Part shown: positions 13,150 to 27,590 of the stretch, piece by piece
Numbering within the stretch: the stretch's first letter is position 1
How the letters are laid out: the number at the start of each line of letters is the position of its first letter
Assembly: GCA_040357565.1 (NCBI GenBank)
Contig: JBDODJ010000092.1
Length of the DNA stretch: 43,144 nucleotides
Reading direction: 5' to 3' (one strand)
Origin: Cercozoa sp. M6MM
Taxonomy: Eukaryota > Protista > Endomyxa: Ascetosporea
The notes under the pieces: model-generated
The model's input: the letters and a program-made list of their open reading frames with translations, nothing else
The model's database searches: none
What the model was told of the DNA's origin: nothing
Position numbers and translations under genes: made by a program

Positions 13150-14137
13150 TGTATGCGTGTGTGTATGTGTGCTACGATACGAGCTGCACAATGCAGCACA
13201 CCGTGGCAAACAACGTCAAAAGAGCACATGTTGACTACAGGGCACTTGCATTCCACCAGAAAAAACAAAAGGCGCTGGAATACAGTACCACGAAGGACAC
13301 AAAGTAGCCATAGTTCCTCAGCCCAACGCATGTTCCAACCCAGGGACTAGAGTATATTTTAGTATGCGCACACACATGCGCTTGTGCAAAGGTACCAGTG
13401 GTGGTCGAGTTGGCGTACGCAGCCTCCGCACAACGAGCAGTGCTTGCTACGCTCGGGCTTGACGACGCCGCACTTTGCATTATACACCCACACATTGCAA
13501 CATACAGTGCTGTCCACGTAGACACCGACATACAGTGCTGCACAGGCGCTCCGTCGGGTTGCGCTGCTCTACATTACCGACACTTCGCAGCACTTGTGGC
13601 AGCACAAAGCCCGGGTCGCTGAAGGAGGTGAGAAACAGAAAGGCGTTCGACAGCAGTTGAAGCATGATGCCCAAAACGAGGAGTGCTAAAACATATGGCA
13701 CATACAGCACACAGAACTACTTTGCTTTACGTGTGTTTTCATACAGAGGTGAATGCGCCACGTCACAAAGATAGCCAAGCAGGTGCAGGCTCCGTTTAAT
13801 AGCACAAAGGTAAAACTACACGTTTTACCAACATTGATACGTACCCGCGCACAGAGTAGGATATTTCAGCAAGTACCATGCGCATGAGAAATCTGGGCCG
13901 ACAATTAAGACGCGTCCAAAAACAACGACAAAACGAGCCTTCCCAGGCCACAGTCGGTTTACTGCACGCGAAAATAAGTGTTCGAGCGAGTTCCTTTCAG
14001 TAAAGTCCAACGCAAAAACCAAATAAAGACCTGTTGCAACATCCATGCCTTTTGCATCGGAACCTAACGCTATAGTACGAATGTGAGGTTTTTTGGCCAG
14101 TACTTAGTCCATTCTGACGGTCCTCGTGCCTCGGCAT
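12580..14137 (-). CDS. DHHC-type palmitoyltransferase (ERF2/ZDHHC9-14-18-like)
   Basis: [61 protein letters not shown] (the Cys codon is split by an intron), YHMSLIRRGVTTNEDIR (TTxE motif), GWRHNM|RQVLF. Confidence 0.92.
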
Positions 14138-14454
14138 TGTATGTCCCGGCTCAAATCCGTTGGCCTTGGCTCTAAATTCGCGAGTCTGAGCCAAAAATGC
14201 GAACTTGCTGTACAGCGCTGTCCTGTACTGCTCAGTCTGTACTGTGTACAGTATCGTCTCAATCTGCTGCTTCCATACAGTAAACACGTACAGTAGCCGA
14301 TAACTCCGACTTGTTCAAGACTCGCCCAGCTCGCCTGTCAAGCTACGTGGGTGTGTGTTAATACCACAGTTACGTGTTAAATGAATCATAAAAAGCGAAA
14401 ACCCAGCGACTTCGAGCCAGTTGAGGTGCGCGCTCTTTTGTTAATGTAGTTCTG

Positions 14455-15470
14455 ATGCGTAGTTTCGCTTCAGAAAAGAAAAGAATCACTACGATGCGTC
14501 GTGGGTGCGACCACAGTGCGTGTCATATTACAAAGGTGCTAGCTCTGTTGTACATGCCGGTTCCTTGTCTTGATATGTGGCGTGGATTACGTTGTTTGTG
14601 GTCTCGCCAGACTTGTGCCAAATTCAACGATAGTGGAGAAGGAGATTCTTATCGATAGGACGCGTGCTGTTATTTTCCAGTCCATACTTAGCGTTGAGCG
14701 GTGTCGAATGGCTTAACTGTCTGTTGCATGCAGCTTTCTTGCTTGGGCGGCACTCCGACTGCGATTTTGCCTTTGTGGTACGAACTATACATACAGTACA
14801 ATCGAGAAAACTTCGCCTGTTGATGGGCGCACGTTGTCAGGGCATATCGAGTGTGTCTACCCTGCACTGCGTGATTGAGTGTGCTACCTCTGACACGTCC
14901 TTTCTGCCTCGCATTGCACTCAAAGATAACTGCTCACTCAATGGCGTCTTTCACAACGATGTATCGATATTTTTGAAGCTACCCAACGATTCTTCCGTGT
15001 CTTACATATTTAATATCTTCAAACAGGTTCGTGTCTCGACTGCTGTGCTGCAGCAGGGTGACATTATCACTCTCGCTGGAGGCAAGGGCACGTACGTTTT
15101 TTAAATAAACTGGTGTTCTTTAAGTCGTTCCTCTATCAAGGTTTCCTGTAATTTTTAGACCAGGCAAGCAGAAAAATGCGATCGTATTTTTGCTTCTTTA
15201 CATTCTATACAAAGGTAAGGCGGGAACCGCCGGTATGCATACTCACATTTTCAGCCGCTGGGCACCCGGTTCGAACAACCGTCTAGTCGGCTTCGTTTGC
15301 GCGTACTGTTCCGTGCGGACGCGCTGAAGGTTGACCCTGTCGTTCCTTACTCGGATAATGTCATTGCGATTCCAAGCGGCAGCAGTACCACGTTGCAATT
15401 CAGTGACAAAATGGATGACAAGCCAGAGGACTCCGATACCGCCAATGATAGCATCATTGACCTTACATAA
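14455..15470 (+). CDS. Small FHA-domain protein
   Basis: Spliced FLLGRHSDCDF..|GISSVSTLHCVI...LKDNCSLNGVFHND|VRV...LQQGDIITLAGG contains the FHA signature GR / SxxH / NG / GD. The last exon ends ...ANDSIIDLT* at 15470. Start is 14455 or 14494. Confidence 0.8.
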
Positions 15471-15984
15471 CTTCTCCTCCGTTCCGGCGTCCGTTGGAAT
15501 GCGTTCAGTTGGAATGCGTTCAGTTCGGGTCAGTTGGAACCAAACTCATACTGATCGTTGGTTTTACAATTTGTTGGGCGGTCACTTGGTTGGCGTTTTC
15601 TAAAACAGAATTCAGGTTTACAAGGAAAAGAGCCTAGTACATGTGTCTAGAATTTTTTCCAAAACCGCACACAATATCGCATGCATCTTCGTAAATCTGT
15701 CCTGGGACTTCGCCTGCTCCGCCTGCAGGGTTTCCTCTTGTCTTCGCTCTTGCTTCGCTTTCTCTTCCACCGGATCGGAAGTAGCGCTTTTCATCCAGTC
15801 GCTGAGCTTATCTTGTCGCAACCGTCTTCGGTAGTGACACGTCGCTTTTTGGGTATGTAGTATATAATTGAGTAACTGAAGAAATTAAAGGTGAACACGC
15901 GCACAATCGACTCGGAGCGGAGCGGGCCGGAACTCGGCCACCATCTCACTCATACGAGATCGGGTGTCAGTTGCATGCGCAGGT

Positions 15985-17740
15985 TTAACGACGACGTCGC
16001 TTTTTCTTGTTATTGGATTTCTTGCCCTTGTTGCGCGGTCGCTTACGTCGCTCCTGTGCCGCGAACTGCGAGAAGGCGTCTTCGCGTCGGGCGTCACTGC
16101 GGGCAGCCTGCATCTCCTCGCTCTCCACTCTCTGTGGCAGACACGGGCATGCAGACAGAAAAAGCCGCACGTGATGGACCAGACATACATCCTTCTGCGC
16201 AACAGTGCGGTGGATGCGCGACAAAGTGCGCATGTCGGCGTGGAAGTCAAATGCAGACTCCTGCACTTGTCTCTCACGTGCCGCCACACTATAGGCATGG
16301 TAAAATGACACACAAGACAAGGCATATTTGTGCGTAACAAGCATGTGGTACCGACGTCGGTGCTCGCGAGTCTCGGGCAAGCGCATCATCATGTTCTCCT
16401 CGAAGCGGTCTCTCTCATCAAAGTACTCGTTGTCCCTACACACAAACCGATCATAGCGAAAGCGTTCTTGATGTGCTGGCAGTGGTACTGCTTGGACGCG
16501 CCCGCAATGTGTAAACCGGTCGCCGAGTGCATTTCGGGTTCGTCTCCTGCACAAAGACAGCCAGAAGAATACAACATACGGTACATGTACAGTATTGAGC
16601 AGCCCTACCCATCTCGTTTCGCATCTCACGGACCTAAACAAACAAACAGAATACATAAAGTCACAAACATACTGCACAGCGAAGGGATGCTACCAACTCA
16701 GATCGCGCGAGCTGCTCTTCTTGTCGACGAAGTTTCTCGAGCTCTTTCTGTCGCCTCGCCTCTCGATCCAGCATCTCCGTGGCGCTGTGTGAGTTAGTGC
16801 GTCACACACAACAACACGAAAATGCCGTTGCTGCAAAAAATACCTGCGCTTGGGAGCGACATAAAGACCGCGCGCGTCAGTCTCCACAGCACTGCCGTCG
16901 CTCATGCGCATGCCAGCAAGCTCGGCATCGGCCTCCCCTTGCTCGTCGTTGCCCTCTTCTTCCTCTGTTCCGTCCGGAAACATAAATTCACACAGACACA
17001 GACACAGACACAGACACAGACACAGACACAGACACAGACACAGACACAGACACAGACACAGACACAGACACAGACACAGACACAAACACCATACACAGAC
17101 ACATCACAGACACAGACATAAGAGACACAAGTGCACACACACGTAAGTCACCTGAGTCGGACAAACTGAAGTTGGGTCGGGCCGTCAGAGCATCCGCATC
17201 CACTATAGGTGCAACATGAAAAACAATCCGAGAAAAGTGCATCCCAAAGGTACCCTTGGTGTCAACCTGGGCGGTGACGTCGCGCTGTGCAAGTGCCACC
17301 AGGGTGTCCACCTGCGAGCGTAGCGTGCGCTCCACTGGACGTAGTCGGCGCAGCATGAATCGCAGTTTCACCTGGACCACGCGGACACTCATGGACATAT
17401 TTGCTGCTCTGAGGATGACGGCGGCAAGTGTCATACCAAGTCGATGACGAGGTGCGATGCATCTTGCCCCTGTGCGCGTAGGGTGGCGAAACGCGCCAGA
17501 TGCCGAGTGTACTAGTGGCAGACATACCATCACACATTCACACATGGTGAAAACCAATGTCAAATGTACTGCAACAAGCAGTCTCAATTTGGCGCGCAGC
17601 AACGAAATGCCTTCGTTGAGTGGCACATCTGATGTGTCTTCCCGGATTCTGTCATGTGCCTGAGACAGAAAAACATACCTTTCTATACTTGCACAAACAG
17701 ACTGATAACCTTTTGAACAGCCGCGCGGACCAATTTAACC

Positions 17741-17793
<53 letters not shown>

Positions 17794-17908
17794 TGAATAA
17801 CCGGATCATGAACAGACAAAACGCTACCTGTTCGCGCAGCTGGCGCAGCAGCGCGAGCACATCGGCGCTCGATTCAAGATCAACCTCGACCAAAGAAACG
17901 GTGTTCAT
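15985..17908 (-). CDS. NGDN: Neuroguidin/Lcp5 (Sas10/Utp3/C1D family)
   Basis: EGISLLRAKLRLL, KLRFMLRRLRPVERTLRSQVDTLV, DALTARPN, GLYVAPK, RDRFEENMMMRLP and a basic KKKRRRR* tail. Confidence 0.85.
16989..17083. repeat. (CACAGA)n hexanucleotide repeat in NGDN intron
   Basis: Seen directly; reads (UGUGUC)n on the pre-mRNA. Confidence 0.95.
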
Positions 17909-18277
17909 ACTTTCTGGTAGTAATTTAGGTAACAAGCACACCACCACACACGCAGGGGCCACCTCGCAAGTTGGCTCCAAGTTTTACTGTAGTTTAAAAA
18001 ATTGTAGCCTTTTGTCCAGTTTGTGCGCTCACCCCGACTTCGCATTCCTCGGTTGCGGGCGTCACGTGGTCGAAACGGGTATTCCGCAAGCAAAAAACGA
18101 CGGCATTGCTTGTGAAAGTCCTAGGATCTAACAAAAGGCAGCCTGGCGTCGTCTTGGCTTGCAAAATCGACACGATCAAAATCTGGTCTGTTGGTGGCCG
18201 TTGTTAGCGACGCGTCCAGCGGGTGCCAGCGCGTGTCAATAGTATTGGCTGCCTTTGTTTACGACGTGGGCCTTAAA

Positions 18278-19083
18278 TGAGCGAAGTCATCCGAAGATGT
18301 GCGTTTCTTGAAACAGCAGAATCAACTACTTGTCAAAATCTTCTATCATTTGTTTTCCGCTCATTGTGACTTTTTGGTGCAGGGGTCCAGTCGGCCATCG
18401 AATTCAATCAGGTAACCTATCCTTTGCCTCCAAAATTTACTTCATACGCAATGCAATCATAAGTGGTTGTGCCTTGACAGGCGACGCTGTCGGGTGCCAT
18501 CGATGTCGTTGTTCTGCAAGATGCTCAGGTAGCCACAGCTATGCCGCTGTGTTTTGTGTGTATGTGTGTGTACATGTGGTACAATATTGCGAGTGTAGGG
18601 CAACCCGGTCTGCAGCACGCCGTTTCACGTACAGTTCGGTAAGCTGCTGCTGCTGCGTTCGAGTCAGCGCAAGGTGCATCTTGAAGTGAACGGAAAGGAG
18701 CTCGATGTTTCCATGCGACTAAATCGTCGTGGTCGGTACTTTTAGTCAACCTGTGCACCGTTCTTTTCTATTTTGCTGCACTGAGTTTCTCGTTTCGTCT
18801 TGCAGAGCAATGTTCGAGGTGCCTCCGGAGGAAGCATTGTCGCCATTTGCGACCGATCTCGAGCTCGGCACTGCCATGGATACGAACAAGGAAAACGACG
18901 CCAAGAACGACGAGGCTGCATTGGAAGCAGATGTGCTTAAAGATACTGAGACCGAGACGATGAAAGGAACGGAGCACGTGCATGCTGAGGAGGAAGCGAG
19001 CGCGACAGCGCCGGAGCAAGCACCGGAAGAAGAGGACGTACTGCCTGCCCACTTGATTTTGAGTGTCGCTGTGCTTACGTTTG

Positions 19084-19118
<35 letters not shown>

Positions 19119-19540
19119 GGCTTAACAGAGGTCGCTGATGCAGCTTTCGCTGTGTCGTTCACTCTTGACCAACGACGACCCGGTCAAAGATGCTGCTATT
19201 TTCGCAGAGCACCGTGTCTCCTGGGTACCATGGGCTGGGATGTGCATGCGGGTTGCAGTCTGTTGGTGTGTATTCCGCTTGCGTAGGAGGAATACGAAAG
19301 CGACCCGGACTTGTTGCACAAAAGCGAGGCCGTGATGCGTGTGCCTTCCAAAACGTACTTTGTCGTCTGTGAACCCATGCGATGCATGCCTGTGACTCCT
19401 GTGCCGGTAGGACTGAGGGCGAATGGGAAATGTACCCTGCCCGTGTGGCCGTGCATCTGCTTGCATCGCAGCTGCTGTTCAACCGCAGTCCCGATCACGA
19501 CGCGCTCGATGCGTACCGGTGCGCTTGCTTCACCATCGTA

Positions 19541-19585
<45 letters not shown>

Positions 19586-20735
19586 ATGTGTGCGCATGTG
19601 TGCGCATGTGTGTGCATGTGTGCGCATGTGTGCGCATGTGTGTGCATGTGTGTGCGTTGGTGTGCATGCGCATGTGTGTATGTAGTTACAAGGTGGAAAC
19701 GCGTCTCTTGGAGCGACGCAAGGAGGCGCCGCGTGGAGGCTGGTTTTCGTGGCTGCGCTCGCGACCTGTACAGAACCGCTGTTCTGTCCGTGTGGTCCCA
19801 CCTGTCTTGTATGAACTTATGTGAGCTAATGTATAGCAACCTGAGACATCTGTGTCAGGAAGTGCGCGCACATCACCCGTGCCTCCTAGGTACTCGTGCC
19901 TGTGTGCGTGTGCCTGTGACTATTATTGATGTGACTTATTGATATTAACACAGGTCGCCGAGTCGTGCATCACAGCGCTCACACGCACCCTCGCGTTCAG
20001 TCGATCTGTCACCTGTACGCTCTGTTTGGTTTTTGTACCACTGTCAAATCTCTGTTTTGCAGGAAAGCACACGACCGCCCCCTCTGGAGTTGCCGAAACG
20101 AAAGGAGAAGGTTTGTTGTGAGTGTTGGTGTACTTGTTGCAGAACAAGTGATATTCTGTTGTGCAGGACTCGGCTGGCATTGTTTCAGACATTGAATCCA
20201 CCGTCGCCAGCGAAGACAGATACACGTACCTTGTTTAGTTAACTGCCCGTACGTGTGATAACTTTATGTAGGCACACACCGCCGGCCAGCATCTTGCGAA
20301 AACTGAACTTACAGCCTGGTGAAATCTCTACCGATGTATGTGTGTATTTACACTATGATGTTAATGTCGTGACGTTGGTAGGCCGCAACTCGATTGTGTA
20401 CACGGTGTACTCCACCCTTCAGGTAGGGTCTGTCTGTGTGTTCATATTTGCACTTTGCTCATCTCGAGTTCATCTGTGTGCTTGTTATACAGGGTGTGCA
20501 AACTGTGGAAGCCGCTGTGTTTCTTTGGGGTACCTTCATTCGACTATGGAGTACTGTTGCTTAACCGTGTGCCTGTATGTGCTGTGCACAGAGCATGACG
20601 CGCGCATCATCATCAGCGATGTCGACGGAACTATCACACGCTCCGACGTGCTCGGGCAGATGTTGCCGCTTGTTGGCAATGACTGGTACGACACTTCCGT
20701 TGCTGTTTGTGCCTGCATCTGTAAGAGAGAGAGAG

Positions 20736-20786
<51 letters not shown>

Positions 20787-20923
20787 ATGTATTTTGTATG
20801 TGTGCGTGCTGCCCAAAGGGCGCATCCCGGTGTCTCGGAACTCTTCTCTCGGGTGGACCGCAACGGCTACCGCGTTCTGTACCTCAGCAGCCGGGCTATC
20901 GCTCAGAGCAGTATCACGCGCGA
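18278..20923 (+). CDS. LPIN: Lipin / Pah1 phosphatidate phosphatase, 3' end lost in assembly gap
   Basis: N-LIP: EFNQ|[11 protein letters not shown]...[15 protein letters not shown]...VHLEVNG. C-LIP: LNLQP|[27 protein letters not shown] (DxDxT catalytic motif), DW|[22 protein letters not shown]. Truncated at the N run 21024-21123. Confidence 0.93.
19544..19683. repeat. (TG)n plus TGTGCGCATG/TGTGTGCATG decamer array in lipin intron
   Basis: Seen directly. Confidence 0.9.
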
Positions 20924-20974
20924 GTAACATCACTACTGCATGCTGCCTGTTCAGTGCTTATGAATACATTGGTG

Positions 20975-20976
<2 letters not shown>

Positions 20977-21023
<47 letters not shown>

Positions 21024-21161
21024 NNNNNNNNNNNNNNNNNNNNNNNNNNNNNNNNNNNNNNNNNNNNNNNNNNNNNNNNNNNNNNNNNNNNNNNNNNNNN
21101 NNNNNNNNNNNNNNNNNNNNNNNGTGTGTGTGTGGTGTGTGTGTGTGTGTGGTGTGTGTGT

Positions 21162-21229
<68 letters not shown>
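20977..21229. repeat. (TG)n tracts flanking a 100-N scaffold gap
   Basis: Seen directly. Confidence 0.95.
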
Positions 21230-21230
<1 letters not shown>

Positions 21231-21247
21231 AAGTCTTTGCTGCACAG

Positions 21248-22458
<1,211 letters not shown>

Positions 22459-22731
22459 TACCGTTGCCGCCAGGTCGAGCTCCTAGTCAACTCGCTCTTC
22501 CTTTCGCCTCGGCGTTGATCGCGTGGAATTTACGATTACACACACACAAATTTAGTTTGATTTTGATTTATTGAGTGCACAACGCAAAGGAGGGGATAGT
22601 TGGTTAAGCGTAGTATCGTATGTCGACTGAGCAAGCCGGAGTGACTAGTATCTAAACTGAATATATCGGCATATAGTAATTTGATACTACTAGTCGGTAC
22701 GACGTACGTATTACCGTACCGTAACGACATA

Positions 22732-22764
22732 GTTGGTTTCTTAGTAGACTGAACTAACTAACTA
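22732..22764 (+). repeat. Dispersed 33-bp intergenic element, copy B
   Basis: GTTGGTTTCTTAGTAGACTGAACTAACTAACTA, between the convergent LRMDA-like and lipase genes. Confidence 0.75.
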
Positions 22765-22931
22765 GTGATCATGAATTCGACTGCGTTGATATCAGTAGGT
22801 ATGCATGCTCGTGCTGGCCGGATACGATACTATACATTCGCAACCAAACGCACGCCTTAACAGACGGGAACGGGAAGCAGCTAAAACTCGGCTGACCACT
22901 ATACACCTCGGCAGAGCACCATGATCGTCGG

Positions 22932-24514
22932 TCAGTCAGACGCCGGATGGCCGACGTACCACTGCACGTTATCCTCTTTATCATGCATCGTGCAGGAAAA
23001 GCTAGTTAGGGCTTTGATAGAAACCTCAGCAAGTGGAGCATCTTCAACAATGTCGCTAAGGTCAGAGACACTGCCGGAGCAGCGACCGCTGTGAACGCCC
23101 ACGTAATAGCTGCACAAACGGATTGGCACACATGCTAGCACATAGACAGTCACAGACACAAGAGCGTAGCGCAGGTTTACCTATGGTGCGAGAAGGAAGT
23201 TTGAAGACCACCACGCGAGCAGTTCTTGTCTTCCTTGACGGCATCATCGCACACTGCAAACACAACTCAAGGACAGACATAGATAGACCTGCCACAAAAG
23301 AGAAGCGTACGAACGTAGTCCTTCTTCTTTCGGTACCAAACCTCCTGCGGAACATGCGCAAAGCCCCAGCTGCGCGAAGGCACCGCCGGAACGGCGTCGC
23401 GGCGGTTCACCTGAGCAACAACAACACATAAAGACAAAAATCATAGGCACAGACAAGCCATACGATGCGGAACGAGACGTCCGTGACCGACTGAACACCA
23501 AATTTGACGAAGGTCTCGTCACCCACTGCGCATACCAAGGGCATGAACAACAACAACAGCCCTGAAGTGTACAGAAAGCATACCACGAGGCGAACCAAAC
23601 GTCACCAGGTCTTAACAGTACAGTGCACATAAATTTACACATAAACACAGATCCACACAGCACACACTCACCGACCGAGACACCACGCGTCTTGAGATCC
23701 TGTCCGATATCAACGGCTGCAAGCGTGGCCAGGGCACCGCTACACAGAGGACAGTTAAACAATGTGCACACAGACATAGGATGGATACAAAAACGCAAAT
23801 TTACCCGAGGGAGTGTCCAGTGAAGGTGACACGCTTCGCTTCGAAGCGCTTAAGTGCCAATTCGACCAGCTTGCGCACCCTGAAGTCAAAACACAGAACA
23901 CAATGCATGTAAAGGCTCTAAAAATAGGGGAAGAAGCTAACACACTGTTTGTCAAGCGAGGACGAGTAACCACGAAGGAAGCCCTGCCACATTAGGTAGA
24001 GTAGGCATATACTAAAGATGCAACGGTCGGCATGTACCTTGTGGACCTGGCCCTCCGCACGGTCCCAGGACGTGCGTTTGTAGTCAAGGTTGTTCAGCCA
24101 GTTGGCGATGTTGGCGGAGCCACTGTGTATCAGAAATGGGAAAACCACGTAGACTACATGATTTGATTTGGACCGGTGTAGGGGGGTTACCGGAAGCTCA
24201 CAACGACATCTTGCGTGGACGGCTGGAACCCAACGTAGCCGAAAGTGTCCTGGACGCGATCTATTAGGTAAAAGAGGTAAAGGGAAGGGATAGGGACCAA
24301 AATTACATTTAAAGGTACCCTTCACTTCGTCCATAAAAATGAAATCGATCAGCTCTGGTTGACGGGCATAGCTACTCGACCATCCAGCAAGAGATGACCC
24401 GCCGCAATAGCTATTAAAAGAATGCAAGGTCAGACGCCGAGTATCGGCTTCGCTGTACTCAGTTCCATCAAAGGCACTGGCAGCGGCAACGAGCGACAAG
24501 AGAAGCACCTTCAT
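22932..24514 (-). CDS. Secreted class-3 (fungal-type) lipase
   Basis: Signal peptide MKVLLLSLVAAASA, then VVVSFR|GSANIANW, GQVHK|GF, TGHSLG|GALATLAA (GxSxG nucleophile), VNRRDAVP, FAHVPQEVWY, HHS|YY. Confidence 0.9.
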
Positions 24515-24854
24515 AATGCCTGCGAACAACAATTTTGAAAAATCGTGCAGAGTGACAACTTCCCCCCAATTCTGCGATCTCCTTTTTGCTTTTTTTTACC
24601 ACAGAGCTGTGTTTGGTTACCCCTTGTCCAGAAGAACAATAATTCAAGTCAAATGACAAGCCTAGATGGTTGCCCTTTGTCCAGGAGACTTGTTGCCAGA
24701 ACTCATTTGTTAAAGGGGCCGCGATCTCCGTACACCTCCTGTCTCGGCTCTACAGTACTGTAGTTTGAAAAATCCAGACTCGATTGCATTCAGCTGTACA
24801 GCAACGAAAAGAAGAGTGCACGAACGGATTATTACAGTGCACTGCACAAAACGG

Positions 24855-25327
24855 ATGTCCATTAATCGCTTATCCGAGTTCCGTGGGTGCAATTTTATTT
24901 TTGCAATTTTAACAGCATCACGTACATTGCAATCATTATTAACAACATCGTCGGGTGCAGTCGTTATGTGCATTTTTAACAACACCATGTAGGGTAAAAG
25001 TCTTCGTCACGGGTGCCACTGGTTTCCTGGTAACTCGCTTTTGCTTGTTCGTCTTAAGGTTTCATTGGGATGCCGTTGAATAGGGCACGTGCCTGCTGCG
25101 CACGCTTGTGTCGACGCAGCGGTGTGCGGAAGTGCACGTGCTGTGTCGCTCTCGCGCGCGTCTACCAACTGGCCTCACTGACAGGGCCAATGATGATGGC
25201 GAGGATATTTGCCGCGTCGTCGTTCACGAAGGCGACGTATGTGATGCCGATGCGGTGGATGCCGCCATTGCCGCTGCATCGGTACCATGATGTGTAATCA
25301 ATGAACCTGCGTTTCACTGTGTGTGTG

Positions 25328-25392
<65 letters not shown>

Positions 25393-25402
25393 NNNNNNNN
25401 NN

Positions 25403-25473
<71 letters not shown>

Positions 25474-26094
25474 CCACTGGATTACGTGTTTCACCTCGCT
25501 GCAGTGATCGGGTACCACCCTAGCCAACGAGGTACGCCTGTTCGTACATCTGATGCGCACGGTGCAGGTCTAGTGTACGCATAGATCTCATGCAGCGAGT
25601 CAATGTTGAAGGCACAAAGAACATCGTTCGTGCATGTGCCAAACATGGCACGGGTCGACTCGTGCACTGGTATTTTTCATGCAGACCAACCGTATGTAAG
25701 GTACAGCGACGTGCGGCTTGCTCTTTTTGGTAGTTCCACCATTATGGCGGTGGGCTCGAATGAGAGTGCAGCAGACCCGCCACTGTCGGAAGGTGCCACT
25801 TGGAACCTTGGCGCTATCGTACACAACACTGTATATAGTTGAAAGTGTTCTCAGTTGTTCATGTTGGCGGTATCTCACAGGGCTCGGGCTACTGCGAGAC
25901 CAAGTTCGCGGCCGAACAGCTGGTCATGACGGCGCACCTTTACCATGTACCCTCTGCCGGCGATTTTGTGTTTGACTATGTAATTTGCGGTGAACGTGTG
26001 CTGGCGTACGTGTAACAGGACATTGAGACAGTCACGTGTTGCCTATCGAACGTCTACGGCAAAGGCGACATGCTCAAGGACTCTCGCAAGACTC

Positions 26095-26168
<74 letters not shown>

Positions 26169-26169
26169 A

Positions 26170-26223
<54 letters not shown>

Positions 26224-27065
26224 ATATGTGCTTCCTGCTTAGTTAAAGGTGGCGCTCGGAAAGATGCCGTTCTACCCGGCTGGTGGCATCAACGTCATTC
26301 ATGTGGTACTGCCTCGCTGTTTGTGTATGTGTTGTGCCTGAGTCTGTACACAAGGCAGGACGACGCGGTGTACGGATTGCTCGCCGCCGCTGTGCGGTAC
26401 ACTCTTTGAAATGTTGTATCCTTCTTGATTGTTATGTGTGCAGAGGGAACGCAAACGAACGATACATTTTAGGAGGCGAGAACATCACCGTACATCATAC
26501 TCGCTCTTATGGAGTTGTTTATGCACTGTCAAGTTAAGCGCAGTGCCGCGAACTGTTTCGTCTGTATGCCGAGTTCGCCGGTGTTCGGGCACCGTTTTTG
26601 CCTTTGGTATTGTCATGATATACCGTACTTACTACTGCTCCGCAAAACATGATGTTGTGGTCACAATGCAGCCGACGTTCGTCATGTTGTTCGCCGCACG
26701 TCTGGGTTTCTTGCCTGTCGAAAAGGTGTGTATCCCGCTCCTCTAACTAAGCATTTAAATTGACAGACTGTGCTGCGATTTGTGCAGGTGATGCTCGCAC
26801 AGCGGTATAACTGGTACGACACGCGCAAAATGCAGTCGCAACTTGGCGTAAAGCCTCGCTCGGCACGGCTTGCGTACCTTTTCTTTCCTCTAGCACACAC
26901 ACGTAACACCTCAATGCAAAAATGATACGTGCCGCAGAGTTCAAGACTCGGTCGAATGGATGCAGCAAAACCTGAACGAGGTTCTTTCGCGACAAACAAA
27001 GAACGGAAAATCGCACACGAAGCTTCGAGTCGCTGTCGTGTCTTTACTTTTCGTACCATGCGCCT

Positions 27066-27115
<50 letters not shown>

Positions 27116-27218
27116 TGGGTGTGATGCGAGTGTGTTAGTATAACGAATGAGTATTATTCAGGTGGTGGCAGCGGTGGTTTTGCAGCGCCGTTTCTTCGGA
27201 AGTCGTGTCTCAGTCTAG
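24855..27218 (+). CDS. Extended SDR, NAD-dependent epimerase/dehydratase (DFR/HpnA-like) with C-terminal hydrophobic tail
   Basis: KVFVTGATGFL|G, EGDVCD, DYVFHLAA, RVNVEGTKNIVRAC, RLVHC|ST, YCETK (YxxxK), ERYILGGEN. The tail reads VAVVSLLF|VVAAVVLQRRFF. Confidence 0.88.
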
Positions 27219-27590
27219 GTTGCTATAATGTGCTGGCGCAAGCACTTTGGCCTGTGGTGAAAAGGCACAAGATATTGCTCACTGCGGCACATTCCATTCG
27301 CTTTAACGTGCTCAATACCCAACTTAGTTTTCATAGATCGCGCACCTCTAAAGAGCGCACTCGAAGTATTATACCTCCAGATGGGAAGCGAAGCACCCCC
27401 GTACGTATATGATCAAAACTACTGGCACAATTAAAGTCGGGGCAAGCGCCAGCCGGAGCGAGCGCTGGCCGACGGCGACGCGAACAGACGCGAGCAAATC
27501 AACGCGAAAGCTACTACGCGCGCAATGCGACGGCGAGAGACGAACAAATCGTCGCTTGTCCATTTGGGGCGTAGCTTGCCTGCTCGGCTG

